Positions 1 through 9,042 of a stretch of DNA of 64,000 nt are shown here, in pieces. Within the stretch, counting starts at the first letter, position 1, and every line of letters begins with the position of its first letter. Location: positions 4,768,001 through 4,832,000 of the forward strand of contig CBDFKD010000002.1 of assembly GCA_965248695.1 (NCBI GenBank). The letters are read 5' to 3'. Under the pieces are notes generated by a model that searched no databases, was not told where the DNA came from, and worked only from the letters and a program-made list of their open reading frames with translations. The stretch is from Acidobacteriota bacterium. Lineage in GTDB: Bacteria > Acidobacteriota > UBA890 > WLXD01. Made by a program: the position numbers and the translations under genes.

Positions 1-579
1 GGTTGCGCACTTGCGGTCGAGGAGACCGTGAGAAGGCTGGGGCCGGTCGAAGTGTTCGTTTGCAACCACGGCATCGGTTCAGCCGACGAACGGGTGATCT
101 GGGAACAGGACCCTGATGCCTGGTCCGGAACCATGCGGATCAATCTGGACGGGCCGTTCCATCTGTCCAGGTTGCTGCTGCGGAGCATGGTGGAACGCGG
201 CTACGGGCGCGCCGTGTACACGAGCTCGACGGCAGCTCGGGTAGCCGAGCCGGCGGCCGCCGCCTACAACTCCTCCAAGCACGGCCTGCTGGGGCTGATG
301 CGGTCTGTAGCGCAGGACGGCGGCGCCTATGGCATCACCTCCAACGCCGTGCTGCCCGGCTGGGTGCGAACCGAGATGGCCGAGCGCTCCGCGCGCACTG
401 CCGCGCGCGACCGTGGTGTTTCACCGCAACAGATCTGGGACGAACGGGATTCGCTGTATCTGCGCGGCCGTGTGGTGATGCCCGGGGAGGTTGCCGAATT
501 GATCGCCTTCCTGGCTTCCGAGGAATCCAGTGGGGTCAGCGGCCAGGCGATCACCGTCGCGCTCGGGAGCGAGTCCTAG
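1..579 (+). CDS. SDR family oxidoreductase (5' end outside window)
   Basis: CNHGI (NAG-like), YNSSK (YxxxK), NAVLPGWVRTEM and C-terminal FLAS..SGQAI typical of classical SDRs; the TGxxxGIG motif is missing, so the start lies upstream. Confidence 0.9.
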   Translation, partial: GCALAVEETVRRLGPVEVFVCNHGIGSADERVIWEQDPDAWSGTMRINLDGPFHLSRLLLRSMVERGYGRAVYTSSTAARVAEPAAAAYNSSKHGLLGLMRSVAQDGGAYGITSNAVLPGWVRTEMAERSARTAARDRGVSPQQIWDERDSLYLRGRVVMPGEVAELIAFLASEESSGVSGQAITVALGSES

Positions 580-601
580 CGAATGGCGGCTAGTCGCCTG
601 G

Positions 602-1579
602 TCAGCATTCGATCGCTGTTCCGAGTCCCTTCTCACGAGCGGCTTTCAGCGTCGCGCTGGCGATGGCGGCGTCCTGGACGCCGACGCCGGTCAGATCGGC
701 AACCGTGATCTGATCCTCGGTCTCGCGGCCGGCGGTGCGGCCCAGCACGACATCTCCCAGCTCGACGCAGGCATCGGCTTGTAGCCGGCCCGCATCGACG
801 GCGTGGTGGATCTCACCAAGCTCGATACACTGGGACAACCGATCCGCGACCACGAGATCGGCGAGGCCTAGCACCGCCGGGTCAAGTTCCTGCTTGTCCG
901 GGCCGTCGGACCCGACGGCGGTGATGTGCGTTCCGGGCCCGATCCATTCGGCGAGCACGAGGGGCTCGCGGGCAGGGGTTACGGTGAGCACCAGATTCGC
1001 TCCCTGGACCGCCTCCTCGATGCTGCCGACAGCGTCCGCCGCGAGCCCGAGCTCACCGGTCATATCGGCGGCGCATTGCTGCGCCCGGTCCGGATTTCGG
1101 CTCCAGATCGAGGCGGCGGGGACGGTGCGCACCTCGGCCAAGGCGCGTAGCTGCATGCGGGCCTGCTCACCAGCACCGATCACGGCTACACGGCGAAGCT
1201 GTTGCGGCGCCAGATAGCGCGCCACCACGGCCCCAGCCGCTCCAGTCCGTAGGTCGCTGAGGTAGCCGTTGTCGAACAGCAGGGCAGCCGGCTGGCCGTG
1301 GTTGGCGTCGAAAGCGAGCACCAGCCCGCTGGCCATCGGCAATCCCTTCTGTGGGTTCTGGTAAAAGCCGGACACGAGCTTGAACACGAAGTGATCGCTG
1401 CCGTGCATGTGCGCTCCCTTCACGTGCACCTCGGCGTCGAGTTCAGGGATGTCGAGGCCGATCGGGGGCGGCAGCGTGACCCGGTCCTGGGCCAGCGCCT
1501 CGAATGCCTTCTCGACCGCATCGACTGCGACTGCCATGTCGACGCTGTGGCGAACTTCCTGTTCCGTTAGCAGGAGCAT
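602..1579 (-). CDS. Ornithine cyclodeaminase / mu-crystallin family protein
   Basis: LRTGAAGA, IGAGEQA, HITAVGSD, DLTGVGVQD motifs; ATG at 1579 preceded by GGAGAGG RBS. Confidence 0.9.
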   Translation of the reverse strand: MLLLTEQEVRHSVDMAVAVDAVEKAFEALAQDRVTLPPPIGLDIPELDAEVHVKGAHMHGSDHFVFKLVSGFYQNPQKGLPMASGLVLAFDANHGQPAALLFDNGYLSDLRTGAAGAVVARYLAPQQLRRVAVIGAGEQARMQLRALAEVRTVPAASIWSRNPDRAQQCAADMTGELGLAADAVGSIEEAVQGANLVLTVTPAREPLVLAEWIGPGTHITAVGSDGPDKQELDPAVLGLADLVVADRLSQCIELGEIHHAVDAGRLQADACVELGDVVLGRTAGRETEDQITVADLTGVGVQDAAIASATLKAAREKGLGTAIEC

Positions 1580-1661
1580 CGGCCTCTCCGTTGGGTTGAC
1601 AATGTCATCGACTCTACGGCGTGTGTTAGCAGCAAGAGAACGCGTTCTGAGATGTTCTTGC

Positions 1662-3122
1662 TCATCGCGGAGGCTCACCCTCCAGACGGTTTCGTCGCAA
1701 CTTGCCGTTGGCATACAGACCTACCCCGACGATGATCAGCAACGCCAGCATGCCGAAGACGGTGATATAGAAGAACGTCGGGTCGGCGACGCTCTCGCTC
1801 GGGATGAGGGCAAACACCAGCGACGCCGCGGTGACCACGAAGCCCGTCCCGCCGGCAAAATAGGCGCCATAGGGGGCGAACGGCGCCCGCTGCACGCCCT
1901 CCGGCGCCGGATGCCGCTGCATGACGAGAAGCGCCGCGAACATGTACAGGTAGGGGATGAAGTAGGTGACGATCTCGAGGCTGATGAAGATGCGATAGAT
2001 CTGCTGTGCCGTGCCTCCCATGGTACCGAGGACGATCAACACGGCCGTGGCGATCCCGAGCGTGATCACCGAGACGTGCGGGGTAGCGTACTTCGGGTGC
2101 AGGGTTCCGAAGGCGGCCGGGAGGTAGCCGTCGAGCCCGGCAGCGAACGGTACTCTCGCGCAGGTCGCCATCCAGGCGCTCACCGTTCCGAACGCCGCGA
2201 GGCCGAGGCACAGTGCAACGAGCGAGCCCAACACTCCGCCCATGGTAGCGCCGAACAGCCTGGTTCCGGCGATCCTCGCGGTGTCAGTCAGTCCGGTGAG
2301 CCCCGTCACCTGATCCGCCGGGAGCACCGTCAGTATCGTCCAGGAGATCAGGATGAACATGCCGAGGATCATCACACCGGCGATACCCAGCGCTCGTGGG
2401 ACGTTGCGCCTGGGGTCCTGCACCTCCTCGCTCAACACCGAGGGTGCTTCGAGACCGGAGAACGCGTAGGCGACCGCGGCTAGCAAGACGAGATCGGAGA
2501 GTCCGCCAAACGTCGGAGTGACGGTGCGCATCGAGAATTCGGTCGCCGAGCCGTAATTGACCCAGGTGAGAAAGCCCAACCCCACGACCATCAGCCCGGG
2601 CATACCTATGTTCAAATAGCCGCTGGCATTGTGGAGACGCTTGGCGATATCGAGCCCGCGAACATTGACCACGACGACGATGGCGAGCCCTACCAGCGAG
2701 GCCGCCAGCAAGTACCCTGGCTGATCGGCGAGATACGACCAACGCGGGATGATGAACGCGGCGTTCGTAGCCGAGAACATCAGCGCGGCGGGGAAGTAGA
2801 CGAGGATGGTGGCCCAGTAGAACCACGCCGTGATGAAGCCGTGGAAATCGCCGAAGGCACGCTGCACCCAGATGTAAATGCCGCCCTCGTCCGGATGTCG
2901 GGCAGTCAGCTCCAGCGACGTGAACGCCTGCGGGACGTAGAAGAGGAAGAAGCCCAGCACCCAGAGCCCCAGCACGCTCGGACCGTTCTCGGTCGACAGA
3001 GCCACGACGCGCATCGAGGCGGTGCAGGCGATATAGAAAAGCACCAGGTCGCGGGGCCCCACGACTTTCTTGAGCTTGCTTTTTTCGGCGTGCGCCGTCG
3101 CCGTGATCGCGCGCTCGGTCAC
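1662..3122 (-). CDS. APC family amino acid/polyamine permease
   Basis: Many hydrophobic segments; EGGIYIWVQRAFG, FSGLE, EEVQDPRRNVP, LHPKYATP; start overlaps upstream stop (GTGA). Confidence 0.9.
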   Translation of the reverse strand: MTERAITATAHAEKSKLKKVVGPRDLVLFYIACTASMRVVALSTENGPSVLGLWVLGFFLFYVPQAFTSLELTARHPDEGGIYIWVQRAFGDFHGFITAWFYWATILVYFPAALMFSATNAAFIIPRWSYLADQPGYLLAASLVGLAIVVVVNVRGLDIAKRLHNASGYLNIGMPGLMVVGLGFLTWVNYGSATEFSMRTVTPTFGGLSDLVLLAAVAYAFSGLEAPSVLSEEVQDPRRNVPRALGIAGVMILGMFILISWTILTVLPADQVTGLTGLTDTARIAGTRLFGATMGGVLGSLVALCLGLAAFGTVSAWMATCARVPFAAGLDGYLPAAFGTLHPKYATPHVSVITLGIATAVLIVLGTMGGTAQQIYRIFISLEIVTYFIPYLYMFAALLVMQRHPAPEGVQRAPFAPYGAYFAGGTGFVVTAASLVFALIPSESVADPTFFYITVFGMLALLIIVGVGLYANGKLRRNRLEGEPPR

Positions 3123-6100
3123 TGGGAAGGCGCGCGCTCCAGGCCCACGGGCTCGAGAGTCGAGCCGTCGTAGCTTCGACCGTTCTTCATCACCATGCGG
3201 ATCGTCGCCGAGTTGCGAATGTTGTCGAGGGGGTTGTCATCCAAAACCAGCAGGTCGGCGAGCTTGCCCGGGGTGATCGAGCCGAGATCGCCGTCCAGCC
3301 CGATCGCCTCGGCGCCGAAGATCGTGGCGACCCTGAGCGCGTCATGCTCGGACAGGCCGCCGGACTGGAGCGCCCACAGCTCCCAGTGGTAGCCGAGCCC
3401 CTGCAGCTGACCGTGGCTGCCGACGCCGGCCCGACCGCCGGCCTCCACGATGTCTCTCACCACCGCGGCATGGCGCTGGAAGATGTGCTCGTCGTCACGG
3501 AACCAGCCGCCCGGCCCGGGTCCGGAGCCCTGTCCTCGACGGCGGGTCTTGCGGTCAATGTCCACGTGCGGTGTGAAGCGGTTGAGCTTGGCGTCGTCGT
3601 GGGGGTTTTCGCGCGTGTAGAACCAGTTCTCGGCCCAGGGTCCGCCGTAGGCTACCAGGAGGGTCGGCGTGTAGGTCATGCCGGCCTGCGCCGTGAGCTG
3701 AACTACGTCCTCGTACAGCGGCGATATCGGGAACGAGTGCTCCTGGCCGGGGTAGCCGTCGATCAGCATCTCGAGGTTGTACTTCATCTCCAGGCCACCC
3801 TCGGTGGTCGGCATGAGCCCGAGCTCGCGCGCCGCCATGATGATCCACTGGCGCTGCTGGCGGTTCCCCGACACGTACATCTTGATGGTCTTGGTGTCGT
3901 AGTAGTCGCTGTAGCGCCTGAGGATGTTGCGTGCGTGATCGGCGTCCTTGATGTTCTCGCCGCTGAAAACGCCCGGTCCGGTGGAGTAGATGCGGGGGCC
4001 CTGCATCAGCCCTGCGCGAACCTTGTCGGCGTAGGTGAGCACATCGGTCGAACCGGTCTGCGGGTCGCGCGTCGTCGTGACGCCGTAGGCGAGGTTGGCG
4101 CGATAGGCCCAGGACTCCTGCTTGTGGACGTTGAAGGCGGGTCGCAAGTGGCCGTGGGTGTCGACGAAGCCGGGCACGATGGTGCGACCCGTGGTGTCGA
4201 TGGTGTGGGCACCGGCAGGCTCGTCGATCTGTCCGCGCTGGCCGACCGCGACGATGCGGTTGTCGCGGACGACGATCACGCCGTCGTCGATGACCTCGTT
4301 GCCGTTCATCGTGATGATGCGCCCGCCACGCAGGACGATGGTGCCGCGGGGCATATCACGCTGGGCCTGGATGACCACCCGGACCTCGTCGGGCCGGTAG
4401 GCAGGCTCGTCGTCCCCAGCTGCGCCATCCTCATCGGCCGCATCCTCATCGGCGCCGTCCTCGTCCGACCCCGTCGTGGCTTCCTCGGCCTCCTCCTGCC
4501 GACGCTGCTCCTCGTCCGCGGCTTCTTCGGCGACCTGCGCTGCCTCGAGGTCGTAGACGAAGTGGGCGTTGCCCATGGAGAAATGGACCCTGGCGCCGTC
4601 GCCGCTCCAGGACTGGAACTGGCCGCCGATCTCGGTGAGCTTGCGCGTCGGAGTTGACGCGTCGTCGGGATCGTCGACGCTGATCGTCGGCGTCTCGCCG
4701 CCGACGTAGGGAATGGTCACCGTGTAGAGGTCGTTGTTGACCTGTGCCAGCGCCCGGTCGCCCATCGGCGCCCTGAGGATGAGCGAGGCGCGCTGCGGCT
4801 CCCGCGCCCCCGGCAGCGTGTGCCCGGTTACCTTCACGTGGCTTTTCTGATCGGTTCCGTCCCATCGGATCGACACCAACCCGTCGTCGACGCTGCTGAG
4901 CCAGATGCGCTTCGGATCCTCTGCGAAGTGGGGACGCGAGCGTCCCTGGGTCGGTGCGACGAGGGTCCAGTCACCGCCGTCCGCCGGGATCCAGACAATG
5001 TCGTCGGCGGCGCCGAAGCCGCCCTGGGTAAGCACCTCGCGGTACGCCCTGGCGGAGCCTCGAATGGCCACGATCCGATCGCCGACCGGTGACCAGGCCG
5101 GATGCTGGTAAATGCCCTCCATCGTTGTGAGTCGCTCGGGACCACCGTCTCCGGAGGAACGCACCTTGTAGACATGTCCGCCGGTCTCCTCGTCCCAGGT
5201 GACGAACACGATCCAGTCGCCGTCGGGTGACCAGGCCGGCTGGGCTTGGATGACCTGCAGGTCCGTCAGTCGCCGTGGGTCGCCGTCGGGCCACTCCATG
5301 ACGTAGAGCTGGTCGAGCGACGTGAAGGCGAGCTTGTTGCCGTCCGGCGACGGGACGGTGTCGCGAATCTGCCGAACGGTGAACTCAGGGGTGTCCTCCA
5401 CCGGATAGTCGAAGTCGACCTTGGGTCCGATCTCCAGATCCACCGCGACCCTGAAAGGGATGTCGACCGGGTCGCCGCCGGAGATCGGGGCGCGCCGGAT
5501 GCGGCCGTCGTAGGAGAGCAGCAGCTCGCTGCTGTCGGGTGTGAAGGTCATGCCGGGATAGACGTCGCGGGTCGCAGGCGACTCCTGATCGTCACGCTGT
5601 ACCGGGTACAGGAACATCTCCTCGTCGCCTGTCCTGAGATCGCGCCGCACGATGCCGGTCTCCGCATCGTGACGGGTGGCATAGACCAGCCAGCGGCCAT
5701 CCGGCGACAGCGTGGGCCGAAAGGCCGAGCCGCCGCGTGAAGTCCGGGTGTATGTCTTCCCGGTGTCACGGTCGTAGTAGGCGATCTGGTACAGCGGGAA
5801 AATCGAGTTGTAGGTCCAGCTCCTCGTGCGGAAGGCGTACCAGACGCGGCGCTCGTCGGCACCGAAGGCGGCGCCGAACGTCTGCAGGTCGCGCGGCTCC
5901 TTGATCAGTGGAATTCCGGCTCCGCCGTCGACGTGAAACAGAACCAGCTTGGGGTTGCCGAGCGAGCCGCCACCCTTGGAAGCAACGACGTAGTCCGGAT
6001 CGGGCGTCCACTCGGGCGAGGCGTAGCTGTTGTTGTTTCCCTTCGTCAGTTGCCGAGTCTCGGGCTCGCCCGTCTCCTCGTCCCGATCCTCCAGGTCGAG

Positions 6101-6487
6101 GATCCACAGGTTCTCGCCGCCGCTGTAGTCGGAGACATAGACGATCTCGGTGCCGTCCGGTGAGAAGCGCGGCTGGCTGTCGAGCTCCATGCCCGAGGTG
6201 ATGGGCTGGGCGTCACCGCCGGCGAACGGCAGCAGGTACAGGTCGCCGAGGAAGTCGAACACGATCGTCGAGCCGTCGGGGCTCAGATCGAGCGAAAGCC
6301 AGGAGCCGTGGTCAGCGTCGATGGAGACCTTCCGCGCTGCCTCGAGCGGCAGGTTCTCGTTGTCGGGCTTGTGGGCGTCGGGTGCTGTGGCCTCGTCTTG
6401 GCCAGAAAAAGCCACGGACGCGGCCGGCGCCGGCAGCAGCGCGAGCAGTTGAACTGTCAGAAGGATCGGAAGACGGCGAGGAAGCAT
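3119..6487 (-). CDS. Secreted amidohydrolase with N-terminal PD40/TolB-like beta-propeller repeats
   Basis: Signal peptide, repeated SPDG motifs, acidic linker, PGFVDTHGH metal motif, GSITPGKLADLLVLD C-terminus. Confidence 0.9.
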   Translation of the reverse strand: MLPRRLPILLTVQLLALLPAPAASVAFSGQDEATAPDAHKPDNENLPLEAARKVSIDADHGSWLSLDLSPDGSTIVFDFLGDLYLLPFAGGDAQPITSGMELDSQPRFSPDGTEIVYVSDYSGGENLWILDLEDRDEETGEPETRQLTKGNNNSYASPEWTPDPDYVVASKGGGSLGNPKLVLFHVDGGAGIPLIKEPRDLQTFGAAFGADERRVWYAFRTRSWTYNSIFPLYQIAYYDRDTGKTYTRTSRGGSAFRPTLSPDGRWLVYATRHDAETGIVRRDLRTGDEEMFLYPVQRDDQESPATRDVYPGMTFTPDSSELLLSYDGRIRRAPISGGDPVDIPFRVAVDLEIGPKVDFDYPVEDTPEFTVRQIRDTVPSPDGNKLAFTSLDQLYVMEWPDGDPRRLTDLQVIQAQPAWSPDGDWIVFVTWDEETGGHVYKVRSSGDGGPERLTTMEGIYQHPAWSPVGDRIVAIRGSARAYREVLTQGGFGAADDIVWIPADGGDWTLVAPTQGRSRPHFAEDPKRIWLSSVDDGLVSIRWDGTDQKSHVKVTGHTLPGAREPQRASLILRAPMGDRALAQVNNDLYTVTIPYVGGETPTISVDDPDDASTPTRKLTEIGGQFQSWSGDGARVHFSMGNAHFVYDLEAAQVAEEAADEEQRRQEEAEEATTGSDEDGADEDAADEDGAAGDDEPAYRPDEVRVVIQAQRDMPRGTIVLRGGRIITMNGNEVIDDGVIVVRDNRIVAVGQRGQIDEPAGAHTIDTTGRTIVPGFVDTHGHLRPAFNVHKQESWAYRANLAYGVTTTRDPQTGSTDVLTYADKVRAGLMQGPRIYSTGPGVFSGENIKDADHARNILRRYSDYYDTKTIKMYVSGNRQQRQWIIMAARELGLMPTTEGGLEMKYNLEMLIDGYPGQEHSFPISPLYEDVVQLTAQAGMTYTPTLLVAYGGPWAENWFYTRENPHDDAKLNRFTPHVDIDRKTRRRGQGSGPGPGGWFRDDEHIFQRHAAVVRDIVEAGGRAGVGSHGQLQGLGYHWELWALQSGGLSEHDALRVATIFGAEAIGLDGDLGSITPGKLADLLVLDDNPLDNIRNSATIRMVMKNGRSYDGSTLEPVGLERAPSQ

Positions 6488-6567
6488 GGATCGCTCTCTG
6501 TGGATTTCGACGGGTTGACTATTGTCACCGGGCCTGTGGCGCTCCAGCGTGCCGCCAGCCTACACCG

Positions 6568-6831
6568 ATGGCCGCTGCGAAACGGACGTCGCCGACCTGG
6601 TGTGGCGCCGAGCTAGCGCCGCGAGCTCTGGACGAGGCGCGCGCGCGCCGCTTCGCTGAAGTCGTGCTCTGGGAGATCGACTCCAACGATCGGGGGCGGC
6701 ACTTCTACGCCGCGTTGGGCTTCCAGAGGGGCGGCACCACGCGGGTGTTCATCGAACGCCCCGATGCTGTTGTGCACGAGGAGCGGTACCGTATCGGTAC
6801 TCTCGTGACACCGGGCGGTGCAAATGACTGA
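6568..6831 (+). pseudogene. GNAT acetyltransferase C-terminal remnant
   Basis: ALDEARARRFAEVVLWEIDSNDRGRHFYAALGF resembles GNAT motif B; N-terminal half and intact acetyl-CoA loop not recognisable. Confidence 0.5.
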
Positions 6832-6872
6832 GATGCTGAAGTCTCCGTCAACCGTCCTGTTACGCGCCCTTC

Positions 6873-8891
6873 CTATCGGGCCGCCCCCTCGTCTGTAGCG
6901 GCAGGACCTCGGCGGGCGCGGCTTCGAACGAGGAGCTGCTCGCGGACCGCTCGATGCGCCTCGTCGATGGCCGAGTCCGTGTGCGTCGAGGCAGCAGCAT
7001 CGGAGTTGGCGATGGAGATCCGACCGAACCGCCGCCGCCCGACCACACACGGCCGGTCGTCGGGGGTAAACAGCGCCCACTCGATCGGATCGTCGAGCGT
7101 GTTGTAGCTGTAGGCGTAGCCGTGCGGCCAGCGATTCACAGTGATCGCTTCGATGTCCCGGGCCGGGTCGAAGCCCCCACCCTGCAGCATTCGCCCGAGC
7201 TGGTCGCGGATATTGCGCTCGAAGGTCTCGAAGGTGGTGGCCAACAGATCTTCTCGCCCAGCTCGATGCTGCTCTTTCTTCGGGAGTCCAGGGGCACAAG
7301 GCACCCTAGTCATGTGCAGGATCATCGGGTCGTCAGGCGATCTGGAAGGCTCGTAGTCACCGAACTGTATCGACCGGCCGAGGCTGGCGCCGCTGTGGTA
7401 CATCCCCGGTGCGGATACCCGTGAGATGCCCAGGTTGGTGAAGGACGTCCAGTCTCGGATGAGGACGTTGGTGTAGACCAGCGGCATCTTGACGCCATAC
7501 TTGAGCGCCACCTTCTGCTCATCGGACATCTCGGGGCACAGGTTCGGGATAATCCCGTTGTAGCAGCCCATCACACAGTGACGCGCCCGTACCTTCTCGG
7601 CCTTGCCGTCTCGCACATAGGTGATCTCGACCTCGCGGGCGGTGTCGGGATCGCCCAGGTGCCGGGCGGAGACGCCCATGCTGTTGAGGCGAATCCGGGC
7701 GTCGGAGCCATCGCGGTCGATGCGGTCGTACCTGAGGCGCGACGTCATCGAGTCTTCCAGCGTAGTACCCGGAAGCGCGTCGGGGATCATGGCGCGAACC
7801 AGCAGCCGGGCCAGGGTCGCGTTGCCGTCGGGGAAGTGGATGTCCGGTCGCTCATCCCACTCGTTCTCGCGTCCGTGTTGTCCGCCGCCGATGTGGGCCA
7901 GGGGGCCTACGGGGGACAAGGGCGCGAGGTTCATCCCCTGGAATCCGGGATACCCCTGGGCCCACGCATACAGCGCCGGATGGCCGTCGATGCCGACGCA
8001 GAAGCTGCCCTTGGGGCGGTCATCGAAGAACGGGATCACATCCGGGTGGACCTTGGCCAGATCCAGGATGAAGTCTCGATAGCTGATCCGAGCCAAGCGC
8101 TCCTTCTTGTCGGCATCCGACAGGCCGGGCATGTAGTCCGGGTTCGCACTGTCGTCGTAGAGCCGCGCGATGTCTCGCTGCGCCTCAGGTGACATTGGCG
8201 TCTTGGCGAGCCAACCCGGCCATCCACCGGACTGGCCACCGGATCGCCCACCGCGTCCCATCACCAGCCGATCCTCGCCGAACACCTCTTTGCTGAAGAA
8301 CGTGGCATTGCCGAGGCCCAGTGATCCGTAGAACCGCCTACCAGCAGCGCTGGTGGTATTCGCGCTGTCGATGTCGATGCCGACAGCCGCGAGAAGCGTC
8401 CTGGAGACGGCGCTGTAGTGGCCGACGGACTCCAGGTACGACGTGCCGCCGTTGAGCATCAGCGTGCGGCCGCGGTAGGTCATCTCGTTGCGCTTGGCAT
8501 GCCCACCGAAGTCATCGTGGTTGTCGAGCACCAGCACGCGCGCACCGGGCCCGGCCGAGGTGAGGAAGAAATAGGCCGCCGAGAGCCCGCTCAGCCCCCC
8601 GCCGACCACCACGCAGTCGTACGTCTCGCCGGTGTCGACGGCATCAGCCCAGGCGGTCCCGTCGCGCAGTGCATGGCCGGCTTCGAACGAGCCGGGGTGG
8701 CTGCCCCGCATGCCGGTCAGGGCGGGTGGATAGTAATCCTGCGTCAGGGACGCATGGGGTGTGGCCTCGCGCGTGGGAAACCAGCTCGGTGCGAGGAGTG
8801 ACCCTCCGACCGCGACACCGACGCCGTTGACGAAATCCCGCCGGGTGATGTCCCGACGCATCCCGAGCTCACGATCCTTACTCCTGGACAC
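6873..8891 (-). CDS. Tat-exported FAD-dependent oxidoreductase, spermidine dehydrogenase (SpdH)-like
   Basis: ITRRDFVNG Tat motif, YYPPALTGMRGSHPGSF, VVGGGLSGLSAA, DFGGHAKRNE, ITVNRWPHGYAY; probable GTG start at 8891 after GAGGG (the 950-aa ORF is an upstream read-through extension). Confidence 0.85.
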   Translation of the reverse strand: MSRSKDRELGMRRDITRRDFVNGVGVAVGGSLLAPSWFPTREATPHASLTQDYYPPALTGMRGSHPGSFEAGHALRDGTAWADAVDTGETYDCVVVGGGLSGLSAAYFFLTSAGPGARVLVLDNHDDFGGHAKRNEMTYRGRTLMLNGGTSYLESVGHYSAVSRTLLAAVGIDIDSANTTSAAGRRFYGSLGLGNATFFSKEVFGEDRLVMGRGGRSGGQSGGWPGWLAKTPMSPEAQRDIARLYDDSANPDYMPGLSDADKKERLARISYRDFILDLAKVHPDVIPFFDDRPKGSFCVGIDGHPALYAWAQGYPGFQGMNLAPLSPVGPLAHIGGGQHGRENEWDERPDIHFPDGNATLARLLVRAMIPDALPGTTLEDSMTSRLRYDRIDRDGSDARIRLNSMGVSARHLGDPDTAREVEITYVRDGKAEKVRARHCVMGCYNGIIPNLCPEMSDEQKVALKYGVKMPLVYTNVLIRDWTSFTNLGISRVSAPGMYHSGASLGRSIQFGDYEPSRSPDDPMILHMTRVPCAPGLPKKEQHRAGREDLLATTFETFERNIRDQLGRMLQGGGFDPARDIEAITVNRWPHGYAYSYNTLDDPIEWALFTPDDRPCVVGRRRFGRISIANSDAAASTHTDSAIDEAHRAVREQLLVRSRARRGPAATDEGAAR

Positions 8892-9042
8892 GGCACCCTC
8901 CGGAATTGCTGAAGTTGAGCGGCGCGTGGCGCCGATCTCTGTCGTCGACAAGGCTATGCCCCGGTGCGCTCCAGGACAATGTGGATTCGCACTCCGTATT
9001 CGCGCTAGCCGCCGTAGAAACGCAGCACGGTGTGTAGCCGAT

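Noticed and set aside
4400-4545. Repeats in the amidohydrolase gene
   Set aside because: Low-complexity acidic linker (DGADEDAADEDG), ordinary for this family.
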